Origin: an uncultured Gammaproteobacteria bacterium | Lineage (GTDB): Bacteria; Patescibacteriota; Microgenomatia; UBA10105; UBA927 | Length of the DNA: 58,278 nucleotides | Direction of reading: 5' to 3' | Assembly (NCBI GenBank): GCA_964449675.1 | Contig: CAYVAR010000003.1 | Coordinates: 1-58,278 of the forward strand | Shown: positions 42,277 through 54,193 of the stretch, in pieces | Layout: the number at the start of each line of letters is the position of its first letter | How positions within the stretch are numbered: position 1 is the stretch's first letter | Position numbers and translations under genes: made by a program | The notes under the pieces: model-generated | The model's database searches: none | Told to the model about the DNA's origin: nothing | Seen by the model: only the letters and a program-made list of their open reading frames with translations

Positions 42277-42406
42277 TGTTCAAAATTCCAAATAGAATTT
42301 TTTTTGAACATTGGTTATTTGAATTTTGATATTGTCCTTCGACACGCTGAAGGATAGTGAGCGAAGTTGAACTATTTGTGATTTGATGCTTAAGATTTGG
42401 AATTTA
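42232..42406. repeat. AT-rich spacer element, copy 1 (atpA 3' end to the atpG start), with a nested GC-rich module
   Basis: (CACCAAG)x3 CACCAAATTCCAAACAAATTCTAATG ... AAATAGAA ... TTTGAACATTGG ... GATATTGT [CCTTCGACACGCTGAAGGATAGTGAGCGAAGTTGAA] ... TTGTGATTTGATGCTTAAGATTTGGAATTT. Confidence 0.7.
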
Positions 42407-42414
42407 TTTAAGGT

Positions 42415-43273
42415 ATGGCTAACATTCGTCTTATCAAGGGTCGGATAAAATCAGCAAAAAACATTGCACAAATTACCAAAGCAATGGAAATGGTTGCTGC
42501 ATCAAAAATGAAAAAGGCACAGGCAGTAGCAAGCGCAGGAAAGCTTTATGCGGGTAAAATTTATGATATGGTGCAAGAGCTTGCTCGTCGCGTCGATGTC
42601 ACCGACAATCCACTTCTTCAAAAATCCAAAACTCTGATTGGGAAGTCCCTTGTTATCTATATAACGACGAATAAGGGACTGTGTGGAGGACTCAATAGCA
42701 CGAGTTTTCGTTTCTTGACGGGACAATACAAAAATTTCCAAAATACTCAATTTATTACACTCGGTAAAAAAGGAGCGGGATATGTCGTTTCGTTCGGAGG
42801 AACTATCATCGCTGATTTTTCCCAAATCAGTCCATTTACATCGGCTGTCCCTGCACTCACTACGCGGATACTAGAAGAATTTTTAGAGCGTCGCGTTGAT
42901 GGAATAGATCTTGTGTACAACGAATTTCTATCTATCGTCAAACAGGAACCAAGGAGAAAAATGATATTACCCCTATCCATAGAATCAAGTACTACTCAAG
43001 TAAAAAAAGATAAACGAGAATTTTTGATTGAACCTAGTCCCAAGCAAGTCTTTGATGCGCTTCTCCCGCATTATTTAGAAAATCAAATCAGAGACGCGAT
43101 ATTGCAATCTGAAGCAAGCGAACAGAGTAGTCGGATGATGGCAATGCGAAATGCTACAGATAACGCACTTTCCCTTATGGATGAGCTTACCTTAGTTTAT
43201 AATAAAGCGCGACAGGAAAAGATTACGTATGAGATAAGTGATATGGTGACTGCACGACTAGCTGTCGAGCAGT

Positions 43274-43275
<2 letters not shown>
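42415..43275 (+). CDS. atpG: F0F1 ATP synthase subunit gamma
   Basis: IKGRIKSAKNIAQITKAMEMVAASKM N-terminus and ITYEISDMVTA C-terminus. Confidence 0.9.
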
Positions 43276-44841
<1,566 letters not shown>

Positions 44842-44846
44842 AACAA

Positions 44847-44913
44847 ATGGCTATATGGCTAGATGGCTGTATGGCTAAAAGATGACCATCTAACCATTTA
44901 ACCATCTAACCAT
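44847..44913. repeat. 8-nt periodic inverted-repeat element filling the atpD-atpC spacer
   Basis: Left arm ATGGCTAT ATGGCTAG ATGGCTGT ATGGCT. Right arm GACCATCT AACCATTT AACCATCT AACCAT, ending 1 nt before the atpC ATG. Confidence 0.8.
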
Positions 44914-44914
44914 T

Positions 44915-45349
44915 ATGGTTTCGTTCTTATTAGAAATAATCACTCCCGAGCGAAAAGCATACGAAGAGGAAGTGGACGAAGTGAGTGTTCCAACTCCTGA
45001 CGGAACAATCGGGGTACTCCCACATCATGAGCCATTATTTAGTAGTCTATCTGATGGAGAAATAAAGATAACGAAAGACAAACGGGAATATTTTCTCGCT
45101 ATCGGTGGAGGATTTATGGAGGTGACCGGTACCAATGTTTCTATTTTAGTTTCTCGAGCAGTTGCCGCCGACGAGCTTAATGAAGCAGAGTTAAAGAAGG
45201 CAGAAGCAGCTGCTAAAGATATTCTAGCCAACAAAGTCAAAGGGACTGAATATGCTACTGCTCAAGCGATATTTCGAAGGTCTCTTTTGGAATTAAAAGT
45301 ATTACGACGACATAAAACCCATCATAGTTCCTCAATAGGAATACACTAA
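44915..45349 (+). CDS. atpC: F0F1 ATP synthase subunit epsilon
   Basis: Last gene of the atp cluster. ITPERKAYEEEVDEVSVPTPDGTIGVLPHHEPL is a typical epsilon beta-sandwich N-terminus. Confidence 0.85.
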   Translation: MVSFLLEIITPERKAYEEEVDEVSVPTPDGTIGVLPHHEPLFSSLSDGEIKITKDKREYFLAIGGGFMEVTGTNVSILVSRAVAADELNEAELKKAEAAAKDILANKVKGTEYATAQAIFRRSLLELKVLRRHKTHHSSSIGIH

Positions 45350-45351
45350 TG

Positions 45352-45380
45352 TTGACATCATTCGATAAGTAGCGTAGACT
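45352..45380 (+). promoter_or_regulatory. candidate sigma-70-type promoter of the CBS-carAB-pyr operon
   Basis: TTGACA (45352-45357), a 17-nt spacer, then TAGACT (45375-45380), 28 nt upstream of the CBS gene start. Confidence 0.4.
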
Positions 45381-45407
45381 TCTAGAAATTTTTAAAATAT
45401 TTTCATT

Positions 45408-45881
45408 ATGAAAGTCGGCGATGTCATGAGCAGGAAGTTGATCACCGTCAATAGCGACGATACACTTCGGCAGTTGTGGAAAATACTTTTTAAAAGCCAT
45501 ATTAACGCTCTTCCCGTTGTTGATAAAAAACAAAAATTGTTGGGTATTATCACCAAAGACGATATACTCAAGTTGATATATCCGGATTACGAAGATCTCA
45601 TCGAAGATTTTTTTTCTATAACAGATTTTGAAGAAATGGAGAAGCGCATTATTGCGCTCGGAAAAAAGAAATCGACAGATATTATGTGTAAGCGTGTCAT
45701 TTATTGCCGAGAAGATTTACCGATTATGCGTGCACTTTCTCGTATGATAGTACGAAATTTTAACCAACTGCCTGTATTATCTGATACTGATAAAGTTGTG
45801 GGTATGGTGACCAAGGGAGATATTTTTTATGCACTATTTCGCTCTCAACTTAAAGGAAATACGTTGTCTCTTAAGAAGTAA
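45408..45881 (+). CDS. CBS-domain pair protein
   Basis: Two CBS repeats: VGDVMSRKLITVNSDDTL...INALPVVD and IMCKRVIYCREDLPI...NQLPVLSDTDKVVGMVTKGDI. Confidence 0.85.
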   Translation: MKVGDVMSRKLITVNSDDTLRQLWKILFKSHINALPVVDKKQKLLGIITKDDILKLIYPDYEDLIEDFFSITDFEEMEKRIIALGKKKSTDIMCKRVIYCREDLPIMRALSRMIVRNFNQLPVLSDTDKVVGMVTKGDIFYALFRSQLKGNTLSLKK

Positions 45882-45884
45882 GAA

Positions 45885-46934
45885 ATGGCAACTCGTCTCT
45901 CAGCGTATCTATATCTTGAAGATGGAGAAATTTTATCTGGAACAAGTTTCGGATATAGGGGAGAAAGCGATGGAGAGGTGGTATTTACGACCGGTATGAC
46001 CGGATATAACGAAAGCGTCACAGACCCTTCGTACGCAGGACAGATACTCGTTTTTACCTACCCCTTAATAGGCAACTACGGAGTTCCACATCCCAAAAAA
46101 ATCAATAAACATCTGCTCGCGAATTTCGAGTCCGAACAGGTTTGGGTGAAGGGAGTAGTAGTTTCGACGGTTTCTCGTTCTTTTGACGGGTGGCTTACTC
46201 GTCAAAAGATACCGGGAATTTCCGGGATTGATACGCGCGCGCTCACCCAAAAGATTCGCGAAAAAGGAGTTCTGCAAGGGAGAATTTCTTCAAAGAAGAA
46301 TCCTTCATTATTCAAAAATAAACCCAATGGAGTGCATCTTGTCGATCAGGTAAGCCTTCATAAAGTAGTTATCTACCATCCAGACGTACCCAACGGTAAG
46401 CATATCGCGCTTATTGACTGTGGGGTCAAGCACGGTATGGTACGTGAGTTACTCCGACTCGGGTATCGTGTGACGCGCGTTCCCTGGAATATAAACCCTC
46501 TTGTTGCGACAGGCAATATCGATGGCATCGTCTGTTCCAACGGTCCTGGTGATCCCAAAGATTGTGCTATCACCATACAACATATTCGATTGGTCTTACA
46601 AAAAAATATTCCTTTTTTAGGCGTCTGCTTAGGCCATCAGTTGCTCGCGCTTGCCATAGGTGCTGACACATATAAACTTCCCTATGGGCATCGTGGCGTC
46701 AATCAACCATGTCAAGACGTCACAAATCATAAAGCTTACATAACGTCACAAAACCATGGGTATGCCGTCAAACGGGGTACCTTGCCTAAAAATTATAGAG
46801 AATGGTTTGTCAATCTCAATGACCTGACGATAGAAGGAATCCGTCACCAGACGAAAAACATTCAAAGCGTTCAATTTCATCCTGAAGGTTGTCCGGGGCC
46901 ATTTGACACGCGAGGGATTTATAAATTTATATGA
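45885..46934 (+). CDS. carA: carbamoyl-phosphate synthase small (glutaminase) subunit
   Basis: VFTTGMTGYNESVTDPSYAGQILVFTYPLIGNYG, catalytic GVCLGHQLL, and HGYAV / FHPE. Confidence 0.95.
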   Translation: MATRLSAYLYLEDGEILSGTSFGYRGESDGEVVFTTGMTGYNESVTDPSYAGQILVFTYPLIGNYGVPHPKKINKHLLANFESEQVWVKGVVVSTVSRSFDGWLTRQKIPGISGIDTRALTQKIREKGVLQGRISSKKNPSLFKNKPNGVHLVDQVSLHKVVIYHPDVPNGKHIALIDCGVKHGMVRELLRLGYRVTRVPWNINPLVATGNIDGIVCSNGPGDPKDCAITIQHIRLVLQKNIPFLGVCLGHQLLALAIGADTYKLPYGHRGVNQPCQDVTNHKAYITSQNHGYAVKRGTLPKNYREWFVNLNDLTIEGIRHQTKNIQSVQFHPEGCPGPFDTRGIYKFI

Positions 46935-49900
46935 ATACTATTTTACTCCTCGGTTCCGGGGCACTCAAAATTGGTGAAGCTGGTGAGTTTGACTATTCGG
47001 GAACGCAGGCAATTAAAGCGCTGAAGGAAGAAGGAAAGCGGGTCGTTTTGGTAAATCCTAATGTCGCAACGATCCAGACGTCTGAGGGACTCGCGGATCA
47101 AATATATTTTCTTCCGGTAAACGCTTATTTTGTGGAAAAAGTTATAGAAAAGGAAAAACCTTCCGGTATCCTCCTATCATTCGGCGGTCAGACCGCATTA
47201 AATTGCGGTATCGAACTTTATCGGACAGGGGCGCTTATTAGAAAAAACGTCGCTATACTCGGCACGCCCATGGAAGCAATTCTGGCAACCGAGGATCGCA
47301 AGCTCTTTTCTTTACGCCTTAGAGCTATTGGTGTGCCTACAGCCAAAGGTAAAACAGTCGGAAGTGTCGATGAGGGAGTGAGGTACGCTCGTTTACTTGG
47401 ATTTCCGGTAATGATGCGTTTGGGATTTGCCCTCGCAGGATCGGGATCTGGGGTTGCCAAAAACGAAAAAGATCTCATTGACCTATTGACCAAGGCATTT
47501 GCTACAGGCGATCAGCTGATAATCGAAGAGGACTTAACCGGCTGGAAGGAAGTCGAGTATGAAGTCGTAAGAGATAAAGATGACAACTGTATCACGGTCT
47601 GTAACATGGAAAACATGGATCCTGTGGGTATCCATACCGGTGAATCGATTGTCGTAGCCCCATCGCAGACATTGAATAATTCCCAATATTACTCGCTTCG
47701 TCAAACATCGATTGATGTCACTTGCGCGCTTGGCATAGTCGGAGAGTGCAATATCCAGTTTGCGATTCATCCTGATACGAACGAAACACGAGTGATTGAG
47801 GTAAATGCACGGCTATCCCGATCATCAGCACTTGCCTCCAAAGCCACGGGATACCCTCTTGCGTATATTGCTGCCAAACTAGCTTTAGGTAAAACCTTAC
47901 CAGAACTTAAAAATCTCATTACACAAAAAACCAGCGCGTTTTTTGAACCCGCACTTGACTATGTCGTCGTCAAAATTCCCCGATGGGATTTGGACAAATA
48001 TACGCATGTGGACGCGGGTATCGGCAGTGAAATGAAAAGTGTCGGCGAAGTTATGAGTATTGCGCGGACGTTTCCTGAGGCTATACAAAAGGGATCGCGG
48101 ATGCTTGGTGACGGATATGAAGGGGTTATAGATAAAGGCTACGGGCAACTTTCCCGGTCAAAGATTCTCGCAAAGCTCAAAAAACCAGACTCTATGCGGC
48201 TTTTTACTATCCTTTCGGCTTTACGCAGTGGTATTTCCCTATCGCAAATCAAAAGGCTTACGCACATAGATAGATGGTTTCTTGAACAGTTTGCCGATAT
48301 TGTTTCCGTCTATAGACGACTAGACACGACGGCGCGTCTGACCCGGCAACTTCTATCCACTGCCAAACAGTACGGTTTTTCTGATAAGCAAATTGCTGAT
48401 ATCCGTGGCATGTCGCCCTCTGCCGTGCGCAAAAGGCGGTTATCCCTGGGTGTTAGACCCGTGACAAAGCACATCGATACGCTTGCAGCTGAGTTTCCCG
48501 CATATACGAATTACCTCTATATGACCTATAACGGTACTAAAAACGATCACAGCCCCAAGTCAAAAGAAAAGAAAGTAATCGTTTTGGGATGCGGTCCCTA
48601 TGCAGTTGGCACATCGGTCGAATTTGACTGGTGTGCGGTCAGCGCCGTTGCCGCTATCCGGGATAAAGGCATAAAAACAGTACTTATCAACTGCAATCCC
48701 GAGACCGTATCAACTGATTTTGACACAGCAGACTATCTGTATTTTGAAGAACTCACGCTTGAACGAGTGCTTGATATATATGAGGGAGAGGTATCGCCCT
48801 TTCTGCTTGCCGTCGGTGGTCAGATAGCCAATAACCTCGCCCCCAAACTCTCTAAACTTGATATACCGATACTCGGAACCAAACCGGAAAATATTTTTCG
48901 TGCAGAACACCGAGAAAGTTTTAGTAAGCTTCTGGATAGGCTGAATATACATCAGCCAATATGGAAAAAAGTATTTTCTATCGCCCAGTCACGAACGAGC
49001 GCGCGCACTATTGGTTTTCCTATTATCCTGCGCCCCTCTTTTGTCCTTTCCGGAAAATCCATGAGCGTTGTTGACTCAGAGGAATCCTTGACCACCTACC
49101 TAAAGCAGTACAAGATGAGCTTACGGGAATACCCATTGGTGATGAGTAAGTTTCTCAAAGATGTGACCGAGTGTGATGTTGATGCAGTCGCAAGAAATGG
49201 AAAGATTGTATTATCTGCCATTTCCGAACACGTGGAGCATGGCGGCGTACATTCAGGTGATTCAACGATGATGCTGCCGCCCGTGACCATCTCGGAAGTC
49301 ACCAAAGGAGAGATTCACCGAGTAGCCGGTCGCATTGCTCGCGCGCTTGAAATCAGTGGTCCTTTTAATATCCAGTTGCTTATTGCTGACGATACGCCGT
49401 ATGTTATAGAATGCAACATTCGTGCGTCGCGAAGCTTTCCCTTTGTCAGTAAAGTGCTGCATAGTAATTTTATTGCTCACGCGACAAACATTATGCTCGG
49501 GCAAACGGTGAGGATAAAGCAAGATAATGTAGCCACTTATCAAGCAGTTAAAGTACCACAGTTTTCTTTTTTGAAACTCAAAGGTGCAGATCCGGTGTTA
49601 CGGGTAGAGATGAGCTCAACTGGTGAAGTGTGCGCAATCGGACGGGATGTTTTTGAATCGTATCTCACGGCAATTCTTGCTACCGGGCAAAAATACCCGC
49701 TTCAAAAAGCGGTGTTTTTGAGCCTTGGTGGCGGCAGGGGGAAATTACAATTTCTTAAGGGAGCGACGTTCTTGTCAAAATCCGGGTATATGATTTATAG
49801 TACAGCAGGGACGCATCTGTTTCTTAAAGAAAATAGTATTGCATCAACCAGAGTCGGGAAGATGTATGAGGGAACCCATCCCAATGTTTTTGATCTACTG

Positions 49901-50131
49901 AACAAAAAACAGATTGACTTTGCCGTAGTTATCCCGGAGCATTATACGGACCGCGGCGCGACCGAGTTTCGAAAATCCGTAACTGACGGATATCTTATAC
50001 GAAGAAAAGCAATAGATATGGGAATACCTGTATGTACCAATGCACCATCAGCAACACTTTTTGTCGAGGCAATACGCCGCTATAGCCTTGACGATATTGC
50101 CATAAAATCGTGGAATGAATATGTCTCGTAA
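46931..50131 (+). CDS. carB: carbamoyl-phosphate synthase large subunit
   Basis: 1066 aa with duplicated ATP-grasp halves ([20 protein letters not shown]; [16 protein letters not shown]) and a C-terminal MGS-like domain. Confidence 0.95.
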   Translation: MNTILLLGSGALKIGEAGEFDYSGTQAIKALKEEGKRVVLVNPNVATIQTSEGLADQIYFLPVNAYFVEKVIEKEKPSGILLSFGGQTALNCGIELYRTGALIRKNVAILGTPMEAILATEDRKLFSLRLRAIGVPTAKGKTVGSVDEGVRYARLLGFPVMMRLGFALAGSGSGVAKNEKDLIDLLTKAFATGDQLIIEEDLTGWKEVEYEVVRDKDDNCITVCNMENMDPVGIHTGESIVVAPSQTLNNSQYYSLRQTSIDVTCALGIVGECNIQFAIHPDTNETRVIEVNARLSRSSALASKATGYPLAYIAAKLALGKTLPELKNLITQKTSAFFEPALDYVVVKIPRWDLDKYTHVDAGIGSEMKSVGEVMSIARTFPEAIQKGSRMLGDGYEGVIDKGYGQLSRSKILAKLKKPDSMRLFTILSALRSGISLSQIKRLTHIDRWFLEQFADIVSVYRRLDTTARLTRQLLSTAKQYGFSDKQIADIRGMSPSAVRKRRLSLGVRPVTKHIDTLAAEFPAYTNYLYMTYNGTKNDHSPKSKEKKVIVLGCGPYAVGTSVEFDWCAVSAVAAIRDKGIKTVLINCNPETVSTDFDTADYLYFEELTLERVLDIYEGEVSPFLLAVGGQIANNLAPKLSKLDIPILGTKPENIFRAEHRESFSKLLDRLNIHQPIWKKVFSIAQSRTSARTIGFPIILRPSFVLSGKSMSVVDSEESLTTYLKQYKMSLREYPLVMSKFLKDVTECDVDAVARNGKIVLSAISEHVEHGGVHSGDSTMMLPPVTISEVTKGEIHRVAGRIARALEISGPFNIQLLIADDTPYVIECNIRASRSFPFVSKVLHSNFIAHATNIMLGQTVRIKQDNVATYQAVKVPQFSFLKLKGADPVLRVEMSSTGEVCAIGRDVFESYLTAILATGQKYPLQKAVFLSLGGGRGKLQFLKGATFLSKSGYMIYSTAGTHLFLKENSIASTRVGKMYEGTHPNVFDLLNKKQIDFAVVIPEHYTDRGATEFRKSVTDGYLIRRKAIDMGIPVCTNAPSATLFVEAIRRYSLDDIAIKSWNEYVS

Positions 50132-51065
50132 TCCTTTTTATCTTCAAGACATTCTAAGCGCTGACCAGTTTATCAAAAGTGAGCTTCTTCTCGTTGTCAG
50201 AACCGCTGACCGGATGAAAAAGCTCGTAGAGACAAAAGGCGGAGAGGAAACCCTCAAAGGTAAGATCATGACGGCGCTTTTTTACGAGCCGTCAAGCCGA
50301 ACCTTCGGATCGTTTATCGCCGCGATGCAACGCTTGGGTGGTGGCGTCATACCCATCCAGGGAGTCCAATATTCTTCTGTTTCGAAAGGAGAAACGCTAG
50401 CCGATACCGTGCGCACGTTTGGCAGTTATTCTGACATTGTCGTTTTGCGTCACCCAGAGGTGGGGTCGGCGAAGATCGCTGCGGAATTTTGCGATAAACC
50501 CGTCATCAATGCCGGTGACGGCGTAGGAGAGCACCCTACCCAGGCGCTTCTGGATTTTTATACGATTACCCGTCATTTTCAAGATATTTCCGGCTTAACG
50601 GTTACTATGGTAGGGGACCTTCTCAACGGCCGCACGATTCACTCACTCTCTAAATTACTGTCTTTGTATCGACCGTTGACGTTAAACCTCGTATCGCCGG
50701 AAATCCTGCGTTTGCCACAAGAGCTTTTGCGTATACTAAAAGATCGTAAGATGCGTGTGCACGAAACGGAAAACCTTGGTGACGTGATCGGAGATTCGGA
50801 CGTACTGTATGTCACGCGTGTACAAAAAGAACGTTTTACGGACTTAACCTCATATGAACGGCTCAAGCACCAGTATATCGTAACGCCCACACTCCTCCGT
50901 AAAGCAAAAAAAACGGCAATCATCCTGCATCCCCTGCCGCGCGTCGGAGAAATCACTATGGACGTAGATTTAGATCCGCGCGCCCTCTACATACGCGAAC
51001 AGATGGTCAACGGTATGTATATCCGCATGGCGCTTCTGTCTCTCATATTAACTAAAAGAGCATAA
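50115..51065 (+). CDS. pyrB: aspartate carbamoyltransferase catalytic subunit
   Basis: [12 protein letters not shown] (STRT motif), HPTQALLD, and HPLPR. Confidence 0.95.
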   Translation: MNMSRNPFYLQDILSADQFIKSELLLVVRTADRMKKLVETKGGEETLKGKIMTALFYEPSSRTFGSFIAAMQRLGGGVIPIQGVQYSSVSKGETLADTVRTFGSYSDIVVLRHPEVGSAKIAAEFCDKPVINAGDGVGEHPTQALLDFYTITRHFQDISGLTVTMVGDLLNGRTIHSLSKLLSLYRPLTLNLVSPEILRLPQELLRILKDRKMRVHETENLGDVIGDSDVLYVTRVQKERFTDLTSYERLKHQYIVTPTLLRKAKKTAIILHPLPRVGEITMDVDLDPRALYIREQMVNGMYIRMALLSLILTKRA

Positions 51066-51099
51066 ATGAATAGTAATTGATGCAAAGCGGGAAGTAGTT

Positions 51100-51867
51100 A
51101 TGACCAAAAACTCTACGAAAAAACCTGTTGAAAAACAATCACTTATTAAAAGGATGTGTATTCCATTTGATGGCGATACTTTGAAGATTGAATATGATTC
51201 ACGTGTCTATGCTCCGACCAGCCACAGTTCTCTTTTGGGTATTTATAATTTTTCCATTCATATTGATGATAGGCTTGGGGCTGTCGTTGGCACGGGAACA
51301 GGCATTGACGCAATCGCAATGGTTAAGAAGGGTATGCCCAGGGTTATTGCTACAGACATAGATGCACATGCTTTAGAAATTGCCCGACGAAACGCGCACT
51401 TCAATCACGTTTCTGAAAAGATTATATTTAAACAAGGAGACATGTTTGATCCACTGGCTACGTTTATCCCAGAAGGACAGCGCTTTGACGTGATCTTGTC
51501 CAACCCTCCGTGTCTTCCTGTACCAGAAAGCCTGTCAGATGATTATCCGGTAAGTCTCGACGGTGGCCCGGACGGAACGAAGTATCTCGCTTTTGTCATT
51601 GAACAGGCAAGGACGTATCTCAATAAACCCAAGGGACGATTGTATATTAATTTTGGATCTACCTCAAACCCCAAAAAATTATTTTCAATCCTTGATACGT
51701 ATTATTTCTGGAAAGAAACCTGCCGCATTACGATTCCCTTTTCTGAACAGTTTCTCCTTTTGTGGGATTATCTGGGAGAGTTACGCGGGCAAGGGAAGGC
51801 AGAGTTTTGGGAGGAACATGGAGTGCCCATGCGTTGGTACGCTACCGCAGAAGCGAGGCCAAAGTGA
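51100..51867 (+). CDS. class I SAM-dependent methyltransferase (HemK/PrmC-like, NPPC motif)
   Basis: VGTGTGIDAIAM (motif I), ATDID, ILSNPPCLP (NPPY-like), and DGGPDG. The stop overlaps the next gene's GTG start (GTGA). Confidence 0.7.
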   Translation: MTKNSTKKPVEKQSLIKRMCIPFDGDTLKIEYDSRVYAPTSHSSLLGIYNFSIHIDDRLGAVVGTGTGIDAIAMVKKGMPRVIATDIDAHALEIARRNAHFNHVSEKIIFKQGDMFDPLATFIPEGQRFDVILSNPPCLPVPESLSDDYPVSLDGGPDGTKYLAFVIEQARTYLNKPKGRLYINFGSTSNPKKLFSILDTYYFWKETCRITIPFSEQFLLLWDYLGELRGQGKAEFWEEHGVPMRWYATAEARPK

Positions 51868-53528
51868 AATACCAAACAGTTAAAACGGATGTTCTTGTTA
51901 TCGGTGCAGGGGGAGCGGGTTTGCGGGCGGCGATAGAGGCAAAGTCGCTTGGGGTAAACGTTCTGCTTTTGGGAAAAGAAGTATTAGGATGTGCCCATAC
52001 CGGCATGGCGATGGGTGGCATGAACTGCGCGCTTGTTTCTCCAGCGACACCAGCTTACCACGGAGAAATCACCAACGAAGGCGGCTATTTCATCAATAAT
52101 AGAAAGATGGTGAAGGCATTTGTTGATGAAATGCCAGGGCGCATACATGATTTGGAAAACTATGGCGTCCTATTTGATCGCACCGAAGACGGTAATTTCT
52201 ATGTATGGGCAGGACCGAAGCAAAAATATCCACTTAACGTCTGCGTGGGTGATTACACGGGAAGAGAGATGATGCAAGGGCTGGTTGATCAGGTGAGAAA
52301 ACTTCATATTTCGTATAGCGATGAGTTTTTTATCTCAAGACTCCTCGCCCAAAGCGGCCGTGTGGTTGGTGCTGTCGGATACAATTTGAAATCAGGACAT
52401 CTTACTGCTTTTTCTGCCAAAGCGGTAATTTTAGCAACCGGTGGGGCGGGTCGGATGTATCAAGTGACGACCAACGCTGCTTCTAACACCGGTGATGGGT
52501 ACGCGATGGCTTTGGATGTTGGCTGTGATCTCGTGGACATGGAAATGGTTCAGTTCCACCCAACCGGTATGGCATTCCCTGCGTCAAGTAGAGGGGTACT
52601 CGTGACGGAAAAAGTCCGCGCGCACGGAGGCATTCTTCGTAATGCCAAGGGAGAACGGTTCATGAGTAAGTACTTCCCCAAAGAAATGGAACTTGCCAAG
52701 CGCGATGAAGTCAGCCGGTCCATCTATCAGGAAGTGGCAGCAGGAAACGGAACCGCTCATCAGGCGGTATACCTCCATGTCGACCATTGGACCAAAGACA
52801 AGATCCTCGAGCAGATTCCGGATGTGTACGAGCAGTACCATGCGGTGGGAGTAGATATCTCCAAGGTGCCGATGGAGGTGTATCCGTCGATGCATCATAT
52901 GATGGGAGGGATTAAGGTGAACGAATGGGGGGAAAGTAGCGTTATAGGTCTTTATGCTGCCGGTGAAGTGACGGGAGGAGTGCATGGGGCCAATCGTTTA
53001 GGAGGAAACTCTATCGCTGAAGGACAGGTATTCGGAAGACGGGCGGCTCTTCGCTCTACCCGATATGTTGGAAAAATTAAGCACACCCGCCTGCCGACTG
53101 CGCAAATAGAAAAGGAGCGGGAGAGTATACGCAGTTTCCTTGACAGGAAAACGGGGATTACTCCGTATGAGATTGAGAGCGAGCTTAAAAAAGTCATGTG
53201 GGAAGACGTAGGGATATTTCGCGATGAAGCAAGCCTCACCCAGGCGCATAGGCGGGTGGCATGGTTGAAAAAAGAAGCAACTCGTATGAGAACTCGTCAT
53301 AAAGATAGAGAGCGAAACAGGGATTTACAAGATTGCCTGGAAGTTAACAATATGATCAAAACCGCTCAAGTAGTGATTGAAGCGGCGATAATGCGAAAAG
53401 AAAGCCGGGGCGCCCACAGTAGAACCGATTACCCTGACACCAAAAAACAATGGGAAAAAAACATTGTCGTTTCTCAAAAATCCAGTAATCTTGAGATCCG
53501 TACTATTGATACGGTCAAACTCAAATAG
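51864..53528 (+). CDS. succinate dehydrogenase/fumarate reductase-type flavoprotein subunit (FrdA/SdhA-like)
   Basis: DVLVIGAGGAGLRAA (FAD), AHTGMAMGG (His at the covalent-FAD position), QFHPTG, ERF...RDEVSR, HHMMGG, GANRLGGNS, and ESRGAHSR. The GTG start at 51864 is preferred over the track start at 51762. Confidence 0.85.
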   Translation: MKYQTVKTDVLVIGAGGAGLRAAIEAKSLGVNVLLLGKEVLGCAHTGMAMGGMNCALVSPATPAYHGEITNEGGYFINNRKMVKAFVDEMPGRIHDLENYGVLFDRTEDGNFYVWAGPKQKYPLNVCVGDYTGREMMQGLVDQVRKLHISYSDEFFISRLLAQSGRVVGAVGYNLKSGHLTAFSAKAVILATGGAGRMYQVTTNAASNTGDGYAMALDVGCDLVDMEMVQFHPTGMAFPASSRGVLVTEKVRAHGGILRNAKGERFMSKYFPKEMELAKRDEVSRSIYQEVAAGNGTAHQAVYLHVDHWTKDKILEQIPDVYEQYHAVGVDISKVPMEVYPSMHHMMGGIKVNEWGESSVIGLYAAGEVTGGVHGANRLGGNSIAEGQVFGRRAALRSTRYVGKIKHTRLPTAQIEKERESIRSFLDRKTGITPYEIESELKKVMWEDVGIFRDEASLTQAHRRVAWLKKEATRMRTRHKDRERNRDLQDCLEVNNMIKTAQVVIEAAIMRKESRGAHSRTDYPDTKKQWEKNIVVSQKSSNLEIRTIDTVKLK

Positions 53529-53530
53529 CC

Positions 53531-54193
53531 ATGAATATACAGGTTCGTATATCGCGAACGAAAGGCAGGAGGCAAATATATCAGACCTATCGTATCTCCT
53601 ACGAAAAAGGGATGACGGTACTCGACGGCCTCATGTTCGTTCATAGGACGCTTGATCCGACCCTTGCCTTTCGCTGGGAATGCAGGCAGGGAATCTGTGG
53701 GACGTGTGGCGTCATGCTTAATGGAACGCCTGTCCTATCGTGCATGACTCAAATTGACAAACGACGCAGCAATGTGATTGCCCCGCTTGCCAATTTTCCG
53801 GTTGAAAAAGATCTCATCGTCAATTTGGCGCCAATTCTTACGCGATATGGGAAAGTCAAGCCGTATCTGGATAAAATCCATATGGTTATGTTGACCAAGA
53901 CAGAGGCAAACAAGTCCAAGCCATTTCGCAAATGCATTGAGTGCGGCTGCTGCATCGCTGGTTCGCCAACAGTTGCTAAAAACCCGTCAATCCATTTAGA
54001 TCCCATGGCGCTTGTGAAAATCGCTCGGTATGTGACCGATCCGCGTGATGGTGTCAATCGGAAAGCGCTTCTTGGTAGCGATGAAATTACCAGATACTCT
54101 TCAAAAGAACTTCGCCGACTAGAGGCGTTGTGTCCGAGAGGTGTTCCCATAGAAAAAGCTGTAGAGATTTTGCGTGCAAAACGCTATGTATAA
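53531..54193 (+). CDS. succinate dehydrogenase/fumarate reductase-type iron-sulfur subunit (FrdB/SdhB-like), cysteine-depleted
   Basis: A 2Fe-2S motif CRQGICGTC...C, then CIECGCC and a single LCPRGVP. 9 Cys in total. Confidence 0.75.
   Translation: MNIQVRISRTKGRRQIYQTYRISYEKGMTVLDGLMFVHRTLDPTLAFRWECRQGICGTCGVMLNGTPVLSCMTQIDKRRSNVIAPLANFPVEKDLIVNLAPILTRYGKVKPYLDKIHMVMLTKTEANKSKPFRKCIECGCCIAGSPTVAKNPSIHLDPMALVKIARYVTDPRDGVNRKALLGSDEITRYSSKELRRLEALCPRGVPIEKAVEILRAKRYV

Noticed and set aside
51762-51863. Upstream extension of the FrdA-like ORF (MGLSGRVTRAREGR...), overlapping the methyltransferase by ~100 nt
   Set aside because: The FAD-binding fold begins right after the GTG at 51864, which forms a GTGA start/stop overlap with the methyltransferase. 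The extension is low-complexity out-of-frame read-through. The same reasoning applies to the track extensions of atpF (39767), atpD (43387), gatA (31145), murT (27190), rplU (6598) and the cyclase (22113).
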